Shown: positions 6,509-14,607 of the stretch, piece after piece
Layout of the letters: each line of letters opens with the position of its first letter
Position numbering within the stretch: position 1 is the first letter of the stretch
DNA from: a virus
Reading direction: 5' to 3' (one strand)
DNA length: 64,000 nucleotides
IMG/VR virus record: IMGVR_UViG_3300045051_000531
Notes under the pieces: model-generated
Database searches by the model: none
Told to the model about the DNA's origin: nothing
The model's input: only the letters and a program-made list of their open reading frames with translations
Made by a program: the position numbers and the translations under genes

Positions 6509-8041
6509 ATGCCCGCCGAAACCACCGGCAGGACGGTTTACTACGTCCTGCGAGATGCCGTCTCCAAGGAGCGGCTCGAAGAGCTCACGATCAGGATCAT
6601 AGCCGAGGAGACCCTCGGCTTCGAAGAGGACCCCGTCGAGGAACCGATTCCGTGCTGGGCCATCGCCAAGGCCGGAGTCCAGAAACTGGCCGAGTACGGC
6701 TACGACGCCAGCGTGGTGACCCCCACGGGTTACGACGGCATCATGTTCGTCGCGCTGGCGAACCCCGATGGGACCCCGGCCACGGTGGCCGTGGATCCCA
6801 AGTTGATCAAGGTGGTCACGTTCGCGTCCTGGATCGGGACACCCGATCGCGCCGTCATCAAGGCGATCATCCAGCGGGTCCTGACTCCCGCGATCGGGAA
6901 GCACGTCAAGGTGTTCTGCCCTGGTGGGAACCGGCTCCAGCCACCGCCGGTGGATGACAACACCGTGGCGGTGATCTTCCACAGCTCGACCGACGGCGGC
7001 GAATGGTTCCCGTCGCCAGCCATGTGGGGCCGCGACGTCAGCAATCAGAACCGTGCTCTGTTCGCTCCCTGGGTCGGTGGAGAACCGATCACGTCGTCCG
7101 AAGGTGAAGAGGTCGGTGCCGCGGGACCCAAGCATCTCTACATCTACCCGGATCTCCTGACGGTCGGCAACGCCAACGATCTCTTCATCCTGGAGAAGTT
7201 CTTCGAGAGCTACATCGAGCTCGCCAAGACCAACTTCGGCGGCACCCCGGACTACGACAACATCGAGAAGCGGTACGTCACGGCGTGCCGGAAGCGCGTC
7301 GATAAGCGCAAGATCGAGCTGAAGCACGAGTTCGACGAGGCCATGCGGGAAACCCAGGAGTACGAGAAGAACCTCGTTCTGGCGATCCAGCGCGGTCGCC
7401 AGGCCAGGCATGAGCTCGACAACTTCGACAGCTACATCAAGGACGTCGATGGCGGCCTCCGCAAGGAGTTCCGCGGTCTGCTCAAGGTTCCCAAGGTGGC
7501 CAACGTGAACTGGCGTGGTGACAACCTCACGATCACCACGAAGCACTGCTACTGCCAGCATCCCAACGGCACCGTCTACGACATCGGCGTCTTCAAGCTG
7601 ATCGTGGATCACAGGACCTCCGAGGTCCGGTTCTTCAACCAGACCCGACGGGTGAACTCGTTCCAGGATCAGATGAATGGTCCCCACCTGTTCCCGGATG
7701 GGAGACCGTGTCTCGGCAACATGCGGGAGGTCATCCCGCAGCTCGTCGCCGGGTACCAGTGGTCCGCGCTGACGCAGGTCTGCTTCGCGTTCATCGAGGC
7801 CGTCAATCTCGATGACAACGCAGGCCAGGGCATCGTGAAGTGGCCCGTCGCGCTCACCAAGGAGCAGCTCGAGGAATACGCCAAGCTCGCCAAGAAGAAG
7901 CCTGGCGAGGTGCTCAAGGATCTCGGCATCGAGTACTCCCACACGGATGTCCTCCAGCGCCTCCAGGAAGGCAAGATCATCAAGGAGGTCGCCGCTGAAG
8001 CGGTGCCCGCAACCCCTGCAACCGTAGCAACCCCAGGCTAA
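6509..8041 (+). CDS. prokaryotic E2/UBC-like protein 1 with long N-terminal region and coiled coil
   Basis: C-terminal NGPHLFPDGRPCLGN (His...catalytic Cys) followed by helical W-x-AL segment; directly upstream of JAB, E1 and Ubl genes. Confidence 0.7.
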   Translation: MPAETTGRTVYYVLRDAVSKERLEELTIRIIAEETLGFEEDPVEEPIPCWAIAKAGVQKLAEYGYDASVVTPTGYDGIMFVALANPDGTPATVAVDPKLIKVVTFASWIGTPDRAVIKAIIQRVLTPAIGKHVKVFCPGGNRLQPPPVDDNTVAVIFHSSTDGGEWFPSPAMWGRDVSNQNRALFAPWVGGEPITSSEGEEVGAAGPKHLYIYPDLLTVGNANDLFILEKFFESYIELAKTNFGGTPDYDNIEKRYVTACRKRVDKRKIELKHEFDEAMRETQEYEKNLVLAIQRGRQARHELDNFDSYIKDVDGGLRKEFRGLLKVPKVANVNWRGDNLTITTKHCYCQHPNGTVYDIGVFKLIVDHRTSEVRFFNQTRRVNSFQDQMNGPHLFPDGRPCLGNMREVIPQLVAGYQWSALTQVCFAFIEAVNLDDNAGQGIVKWPVALTKEQLEEYAKLAKKKPGEVLKDLGIEYSHTDVLQRLQEGKIIKEVAAEAVPATPATVATPG

Positions 8042-8048
8042 GGAGCCC

Positions 8049-8795
8049 ATGTTCAATCCCAGAGTGTTCAAACCCACCTTCCATGGTGTCCCCACGATCA
8101 AGATCAAACAGAAGTGTCTCGAGGACATGTGGCACCTCGTCCAGATCGTCGGCATGGAGGTCGGCTGGCTCGTCGTGACCCACGAGACCGAAGACGGTGA
8201 CTTCGTGCTCAGCGAAGTCGTGCTCCCCGATCAGAACTGCCACGGTGCCACCACCGAGCTCAACGAGCAGGGCCTCGCCGACGCCGCCATGCGGCTCATC
8301 GACGAGGACAGCAAGGCCGGCATCCAGGCCAAGGATCCCGGGTTCCGTGCCAACCATCTCAGCACGTGGTGCCACTCCCACGTCGACATGGGGGTCAGCC
8401 CCAGCGGGCAGGACGACGCCCAGATGGAGCAGTTCTGCAAGATGTATGCTGGCGACCAGGACGCCTGGATCCGCGGCATCCTGAACAAGAAGGGGGACGC
8501 CGAGTTCACCGTCTACTTCCAGTGCGGGAAGTCGTGGAAGCCGATCAAGGACGTCCCCTGGGAGGTCATCCCGGACGTCGAGAACGAGCGCTTCAAGTTC
8601 TGGCGCGGCATCGTCGATCAGCGCGTCAAGGGGTTCACGGAGCCCGTTCGCGGGGCCTACGTGCCCATGGGTGTTCCGCTGGCCGGTGAGCCGCCGTACA
8701 AGCACGGCGACTTCCGGGACCGCAGCAAGGAGGTCATCGTGCCGACCAGGCACCCGCGCGGGGGCTCCGGCCGCCGTAAGGAATGGTGGACCTGA
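8049..8795 (+). CDS. JAB/MPN metalloprotease 1 (deubiquitinase-like)
   Basis: EVGW and WCHSHVDMGVSPSGQD match E...HxH-x7-S-x2-D. Confidence 0.9.
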   Translation: MFNPRVFKPTFHGVPTIKIKQKCLEDMWHLVQIVGMEVGWLVVTHETEDGDFVLSEVVLPDQNCHGATTELNEQGLADAAMRLIDEDSKAGIQAKDPGFRANHLSTWCHSHVDMGVSPSGQDDAQMEQFCKMYAGDQDAWIRGILNKKGDAEFTVYFQCGKSWKPIKDVPWEVIPDVENERFKFWRGIVDQRVKGFTEPVRGAYVPMGVPLAGEPPYKHGDFRDRSKEVIVPTRHPRGGSGRRKEWWT

Positions 8796-9502
8796 TGGCG
8801 GCGAACAAGACGGATCCGCTGCGACACATGTCGGTCTTCAACCCGGATACCTTCGGGGATCGCAGGGTCGACATCATCGGTTGCGGAGCCACGGGTTCCC
8901 GCATCGCCATGGAGATCGCCAAGCTGGGGGTCACCAACCTCCATCTGCACGACTTCGACAAGATCGAGGCGCATAACTGCGCCAATCAGCTCTTCGGTAT
9001 CAACGATGTCGGCAAGCTCAAAGTGGATGCCCTCGCAGACCGGATCCTCGCGGATACCGGTCTGGAGGTCACCAAGCACCCCGAGGCCGTCACGGGGCGC
9101 AGCGAGCTCGGCAACGTGGTCTTCCTGCTCACGGACACCATGAAGTCCCGCAAGGAGATCTGGGAGGGCGCCATCCGGTTCCATCCCATGACCGAAATCA
9201 TGATCGAGACCCGCATGGGGGCCTCGGAGGGACGGGTCTACATCGTGAGACCGTGCATCCCTGGTGACATCAGGTTCTGGGAATCCACGCTCTGTGACGA
9301 TGACGAGGCCGCGGAGTCCCTGTGCGGGGCCCGTACCTCGGTGGGACCCACTGCTGCTCTGATCCATGCCCACGCGGTGTGGTCCATGATCCGTTGGTTC
9401 GCGAACGCCAAGGACGCCGAGAAACACGAGCGACCCCAAGCTGAAGCGATCTTCTATGCCGACCCGCCCATGGTGATGACCAGGCAGGCTGGCGCGTTCT
9501 AG
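8795..9502 (+). CDS. ThiF/E1-like activating enzyme 1
   Basis: IIGCGATGS, DFDKIEAHNCANQ, K-V-D, LTDTMKSR, candidate catalytic Cys in SLCG. Confidence 0.9.
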   Translation: MAANKTDPLRHMSVFNPDTFGDRRVDIIGCGATGSRIAMEIAKLGVTNLHLHDFDKIEAHNCANQLFGINDVGKLKVDALADRILADTGLEVTKHPEAVTGRSELGNVVFLLTDTMKSRKEIWEGAIRFHPMTEIMIETRMGASEGRVYIVRPCIPGDIRFWESTLCDDDEAAESLCGARTSVGPTAALIHAHAVWSMIRWFANAKDAEKHERPQAEAIFYADPPMVMTRQAGAF

Positions 9503-9562
9503 TTGTTCATCTGATCCATCGTTTCAGTCAACCTCTTCTCATCTCAGAAAGCGAGTTTCCAC

Positions 9563-9769
9563 ATGCCCAACGTTCGCGCAGGCCGTATGCCCGGCAAGAT
9601 CGACGACTTCAACGTGCCCGAGGGCACCACCGTCGGCGCCGTCCTCCAGCAGGCCGGTCTCGATGCCAACGGCTTCGAGATCCGTCTCGACGGCCAGGAC
9701 ACCACCACGGACACCGTGGTGCGGGACGGCCAGACCATCCTGCTGGTGCGTAAGGTCAAGGGCAACTAG
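9563..9769 (+). CDS. ubiquitin-like (beta-grasp) protein 1
   Basis: 68 aa; VPEGTTVGAVL, IRLDG, VVRDGQTILLV, C-terminus KVKG-N. Confidence 0.85.
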   Translation: MPNVRAGRMPGKIDDFNVPEGTTVGAVLQQAGLDANGFEIRLDGQDTTTDTVVRDGQTILLVRKVKGN

Positions 9770-9783
9770 CCCAGGGAGACGCC

Positions 9784-12183
9784 GTGCTCATCAAGCGCGT
9801 CCAGATCAAGAACTTCACCATCCATAGGGATCTCGACCTGGTCTTCGGACCCGGGATCAATGGGATCGTCGGGACCAACGGGTCCGGGAAGTCATCCGTT
9901 CTGGACGCGATCCGATTCGCCATCACCGGTACCAGTATCGGTGATGGCGGCAAGACGGACAACGTCACGTTCGGCGAGACCCAGGGTCGCGTCGTCGTGC
10001 AATTCGAACACGGCGACTCCGCGTACACGATCAGGCGGGACTTCGGCAAGAAGAACGCCCAGATGCTCCAGAAGCCCGACGGGACCGTCATCGACAAGCT
10101 CGCCGAAATCGATGCGTTCATCGAAGGGCTCCTGGGCACCACGATCCAGTCGTTGCTGGAGAACGTCTTCGTGCCGCAAGGCGCCATCGAGAGCATCCTG
10201 TTCTCGACGACGACGAAGCGGCTCAAGGAGATCCAGCAGATCGTCGGGCTCCAGCGTGCCGCCGATGCCGAGAAGGCGTTGGGGGCCGAGCTCGGTCGAT
10301 ACAACGTGACCATCGGTTTGAAGGAGCAGCTCGATTCCGCTGAGGGTGCCCGCAAGGCATCCAAGGTGGCGTTGCAGTCCAAGGTGGACGAACTCGAGAA
10401 GCTCCGCGGTGACGTCGAAAAGCTCAGGGTGTCCGAGGCCTTCCTTAACGGAGTCCTCGCTGCCCAGGCCAACAACGGCGCCATCAAACAGGCCACGGCT
10501 CGCGTAAAGTCGACCGGGACCGATCTCAAGGAGGCCGAGGAGGCCAGGGAACGCGTCGCCGCAGATCTCAAGTTGGTCGAGGAGACCGTCGAAGCTCTGG
10601 CTCCGCTTGCTGAAACAGCGAGGAAGCAGATCATCACGGCGGAAGCTCACCGACACAACGCTGATCGTGTCAAAGAGCTCAAGAAGCAGCTCGAGGAGGC
10701 CCAGGCTGGACTCGTCAAGATTGGCGAGGCTCCTTCCGAGGAGGACGTCGCCAAGGCGGAGTCCAAGCATGGCACCATCGCTACGGCGCTGCGGACCAGA
10801 ACCGCACAGCTCAATGGAACCATGGCCAGACCGGAGATGCCCGGCGAGAAGGAGGCTTTAGAAGCCCAGGCCAAGGCCGAGGAGGCCTACAGGGAGCTCC
10901 GGAAGATCGACCCGACGGTCGATACCAAGGAGGACTACGCCCTGCTTGAGACCATCAAGCGGAAGGAAGCCGATCTGAAGACGTTCGAGTCGGGGACCTG
11001 TCCGACATGTCATCAGCCCGTTGCCAACTTCGATGTGGCCGCAGCGAAGGTCGAGATCGAGCAGCTCACTGTCAAACTGGTGGCGTCACGGACGGCGCGG
11101 CGTGGAGCCCACGAGGTCGCCGTTCAGGCCGCCATAGAAGCCAGGCGGCAGACCACGACGGCTGTCATGGCCATCGAGGATGCCGCTAAGTCGGCGTTGA
11201 AGAAGGTCGTTGAGAGACTGACTTCCGAGGAATCGGAGGCCAGGGCTCACCTGACGAGGTTGCAGGCACAGCTGTCCGCATGGAAGAACCTGACGAGCCG
11301 GGCGGACATGTTCCGCGGCCAGCTCGGTTCCGTGAAGGATGGTCCCCTGGACGATGTGGACACTTCGGCTCTGCAGAAGTGCGTCGACGATCACCAGACC
11401 GCGAAGCTCCGTTGTGCCGAGCTTCGCAACAGCCTTGGACACCATGTCCAGAGCGTAGGGAAGGCCAAGCAGGAGTACGATGGTGCCCGAGCTGCGCTGG
11501 AGCAGCTGGGCCGGTTAGCTGAGCTCCCGTCGGAAGAAGAGGTTGCCAAGGCCAAGCAGGATTGCGCGGCTCTGGCGACTCGTAGTGCCGAGTTCAGGGC
11601 GGCGTCAGACGACGTCTCCATGCTCGAGGTCCGCGAACAGCAGTACGCGGAAGCCGTTGCACGTCTGAAGCGTCAGATGGAAGCCGAAGCCAAGGATGCT
11701 GCTTGGGTCGGACTCGTGAAGCGCACCAGGGAAGCCCTGCACGTCAACGGGTTGCCATCGATGCTGATGCGGGAGTACGCAGCCGTCCTGAATCGGCGGA
11801 TGGCGTACTATCTCCGCCTCTGGGAAGCTCCGTTTGTTATGTCGCTCGATGATGACCTCGCCTTCGTGGCCGAGTTCAATGACGGCATGGTGCTGAGTGC
11901 CGGCAGATTGTCGGGTGGTCAGAAGATCGTAGGTGCGACGTCGTTCCGGTTCACCATGGCGGACACCTTCGCACGCCAGGTAGGCCTGCTCATCCTCGAT
12001 GAGCCCAGCAACTACCTGGACAAGGACAACGTGGTTCATCTCCAGCAGCTCCTGCTGAAGCTCAAGGATCTCGCCGGCTCGACCGGCAAACAGATCATCC
12101 TCGTTACTCACGAGGAATCGCTCAAGGGTTTCTTCGATCGTTCCATCGTCATCACATCAACCCCCGCACATGCGGAGGAGTAG
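9784..12183 (+). CDS. sbcC: Rad50/SbcC SMC-family ATPase
   Basis: Walker A GTNGSGKSS, coiled coils, CPTC zinc hook, LSGGQ signature, LILDEPS Walker B, VTH H-loop. Confidence 0.95.
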   Translation: MLIKRVQIKNFTIHRDLDLVFGPGINGIVGTNGSGKSSVLDAIRFAITGTSIGDGGKTDNVTFGETQGRVVVQFEHGDSAYTIRRDFGKKNAQMLQKPDGTVIDKLAEIDAFIEGLLGTTIQSLLENVFVPQGAIESILFSTTTKRLKEIQQIVGLQRAADAEKALGAELGRYNVTIGLKEQLDSAEGARKASKVALQSKVDELEKLRGDVEKLRVSEAFLNGVLAAQANNGAIKQATARVKSTGTDLKEAEEARERVAADLKLVEETVEALAPLAETARKQIITAEAHRHNADRVKELKKQLEEAQAGLVKIGEAPSEEDVAKAESKHGTIATALRTRTAQLNGTMARPEMPGEKEALEAQAKAEEAYRELRKIDPTVDTKEDYALLETIKRKEADLKTFESGTCPTCHQPVANFDVAAAKVEIEQLTVKLVASRTARRGAHEVAVQAAIEARRQTTTAVMAIEDAAKSALKKVVERLTSEESEARAHLTRLQAQLSAWKNLTSRADMFRGQLGSVKDGPLDDVDTSALQKCVDDHQTAKLRCAELRNSLGHHVQSVGKAKQEYDGARAALEQLGRLAELPSEEEVAKAKQDCAALATRSAEFRAASDDVSMLEVREQQYAEAVARLKRQMEAEAKDAAWVGLVKRTREALHVNGLPSMLMREYAAVLNRRMAYYLRLWEAPFVMSLDDDLAFVAEFNDGMVLSAGRLSGGQKIVGATSFRFTMADTFARQVGLLILDEPSNYLDKDNVVHLQQLLLKLKDLAGSTGKQIILVTHEESLKGFFDRSIVITSTPAHAEE

Positions 12184-12186
12184 AAC

Positions 12187-12492
12187 ATGCCCACCGAACC
12201 CACCGGCCCCCTCGCCGACATCACCGTCCCGCCCGGCAACCAGGTCACCGTCAAGGCCAACGACGGCGTCGTCCGCGTGCTCGTCATGAAGAATGACGGC
12301 AGCGGCATGGTCGGCTACAAGGACCTCCCGGCCGGCGCCAAGGTCCAGGACGCCGTCGGCGACACCCGCAACGCGGAGATCCGCGTGAACGGCCAGCCCG
12401 CGGCGCCCACCGCTCCCCTGAAGGACGGCGACAAGGTCTCCGTCACCCCCAAGAACATCGAGGGCGCCCACGGCCGTCGGTTCTGGTTCTGA
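12187..12492 (+). CDS. ubiquitin-like (beta-grasp) protein 2
   Basis: LPAGAKVQDAV, IRVNGQPA, LKDGDKVSVTPKNIEG, followed by an 8-aa tail AHGRRFWF. Confidence 0.8.
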   Translation: MPTEPTGPLADITVPPGNQVTVKANDGVVRVLVMKNDGSGMVGYKDLPAGAKVQDAVGDTRNAEIRVNGQPAAPTAPLKDGDKVSVTPKNIEGAHGRRFWF

Positions 12493-12564
12493 TCCCACCG
12501 GTCTGAACAGCTCGGCCCCATCGGAGGCAACTCCGGTGGGGCCACCCATTTCCTGAAAGGACAT

Positions 12565-14607
12565 ATGCCAACAGTCAATCTCGACGCTCTTCCGGCCGAT
12601 CCTCCGGTGGCCGGTAAAGAACCGAAGAAGGAGCTCACGCCTGAGCGGATCGCCAAGTTTCGTACCGCAGCCGACATGCTGGAAAAGATGTATGCGATAA
12701 CCACGGTCGATATGGTGACCAAGCTGCGAGATGAGATGATCGATAAGGCTCGTACCATGGAGTCGGTTTCAAACCGGGTTCGAGAGAACGTCGTGCAGAT
12801 ATTCGAGAAGATGACCGAGATCATGCGGTATCGTCGTGTCGGAGCCGCAGAGGCGCTGCGGGAAATCCGGACAGACACCAATCTGTATGAGCGAATCAAA
12901 CACACTGGTATCGGGATCCCGAGAATCCATGAAATGGCCGGGCAGGTCGATGCCGACATCGAGGCGCTGTTCTCCGGCAACGTCGACAACAATTTGGCCG
13001 AGTTCCAGAACCCGGCAACACGGGCCGGGGTCAAGCTGAACGGAGACCATTTCTTCAGGGAGCTCTGCGCGGTCTATACCAGTCCAGATTTCCTGGATCT
13101 CCGAGTCGTACTGCCTGGTGATCAGGAGTTCGCGAAGGGGACCAGTAAGGGGAACCGTTGGGATGGCATGCCACGCCTCGTGGCTGTTACGCGAAGCATC
13201 ACGATCAACGATCAGGACGGGGATCCCGTCGAGTTCCCGCCGTGGCAGCTCGAGTTCCCACTTGATTCGAAAGCCGCTGGTCTCCGCGATCTCGCAGAAG
13301 CCGATATGACCTATTCGGTGCGGTTGTCTGTTGCGGCTGGTCGTGAACCCAACACGCGCCGCGGCGGAACCATGTGGCATCCGCACGTCCAGCAGGGGGG
13401 TCAGGTGTGCGGTGGAACCGCCGCCGGTCCCGGCAACGTCTCGTTGAGGAACGGGCAGATATCCGACACGTTCTTCGTGTTCTTCCAGCTCCTGAGCTCG
13501 TATAACCACGAGGGCGATTTCAACGATCTCAGGCACTGGAGTCCGACCAAGGTCCGGTGTTCGGCGTGCAACGGGCGAATCAAGCCTGGCGAGGACCGCG
13601 TCGTTATCAACGATGGCCGGATGACGCTGCACAAGACCTGTGCGGTGGAGTACGAGGGTCACTACTACCATCCGCGCGACATGTACCGGTGCCCGCTCTG
13701 CGGATCCGCCGGTCCGACCGGTCCGACGCGGCGCATCTTCAACGGGAACCTGTGCTGCGTGAAGTGCGTGGACGGCTTCAAGCAGGAGGCCGAGGCTGCT
13801 GCAGCTGGTGAGTACCTCTGTCACAGCTGCCGTACCAAGTTCCCACGCGATCAGGCCGTCAATGCTCAGGTTCCGGTGCGAAACGGCTGGACCTTCTGCA
13901 CGAGCTGTCTGACTCCGACGGATGCAGTCGGTGACGCCGGTGAAAAGATGTTCCGGTTCCAGGCGAACGGCAACCTGCTCTCTACACTGGCTCCTCAGTT
14001 CAGGAATAACAGGCCGACCCCGAAGATCCGGGAAGCGGTGATGTGTGCGTGCGGAGCCTGGGCTCCCAAGGAGGAGGTCCGCGATGACTTCTTCAGGATC
14101 GCCAAGTGCTGTCCGGTCTGCGATCCCGGTGGTCTCCAGTTCTCTCAGGCTTTCCTCAGGGACGTCGCGTACCTCGAGGGCTGGATCCAGAACTTCTGGG
14201 CCATGTTGCTGGATGACGTCACCAAGGAGTACGTGACTCCGATGTCGTTCCTGGCGAACGAGACCCCGCTTGCCGAAGCGGTCGAGATCGTGAAGCGGCT
14301 CCGCCTCGTCGAGCTCGGACAGCTCAACATGCCGCCGATCATGCAGCTGTTCCTGAAGGAATACTGCGCTGCCGTTAACCAGCTCATCGATGGTGTCAGC
14401 AGGCAGCCCCTGCTGGTACTGACCGCATCCACCGAAGAGGAAGCTTTCTACAATGCCGAAATCCACAAGCGAACCGGTCGTGACGTCCGGGACGCAGATC
14501 GTGCCCCCGGAAACGACACCGTCGGTGTTGACCTCGCCGCAGTCGTCAACGACGACGTCCACGACCCCGATGACGGGGGCGACGGTGACCCCGACGCCGA
14601 CGCATAA
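12565..14607 (+). CDS. E2/UBC-like protein 2 fused to multiple Zn-finger motifs
   Basis: MWHPHVQQGGQVCGG (HPH...Cys), then about 8 CxxC-type pairs (CSAC, HKTC, CPLC, CVKC, CHSC, CTSC, CACG, CPVC). Confidence 0.7.
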   Translation: MPTVNLDALPADPPVAGKEPKKELTPERIAKFRTAADMLEKMYAITTVDMVTKLRDEMIDKARTMESVSNRVRENVVQIFEKMTEIMRYRRVGAAEALREIRTDTNLYERIKHTGIGIPRIHEMAGQVDADIEALFSGNVDNNLAEFQNPATRAGVKLNGDHFFRELCAVYTSPDFLDLRVVLPGDQEFAKGTSKGNRWDGMPRLVAVTRSITINDQDGDPVEFPPWQLEFPLDSKAAGLRDLAEADMTYSVRLSVAAGREPNTRRGGTMWHPHVQQGGQVCGGTAAGPGNVSLRNGQISDTFFVFFQLLSSYNHEGDFNDLRHWSPTKVRCSACNGRIKPGEDRVVINDGRMTLHKTCAVEYEGHYYHPRDMYRCPLCGSAGPTGPTRRIFNGNLCCVKCVDGFKQEAEAAAAGEYLCHSCRTKFPRDQAVNAQVPVRNGWTFCTSCLTPTDAVGDAGEKMFRFQANGNLLSTLAPQFRNNRPTPKIREAVMCACGAWAPKEEVRDDFFRIAKCCPVCDPGGLQFSQAFLRDVAYLEGWIQNFWAMLLDDVTKEYVTPMSFLANETPLAEAVEIVKRLRLVELGQLNMPPIMQLFLKEYCAAVNQLIDGVSRQPLLVLTASTEEEAFYNAEIHKRTGRDVRDADRAPGNDTVGVDLAAVVNDDVHDPDDGGDGDPDADA

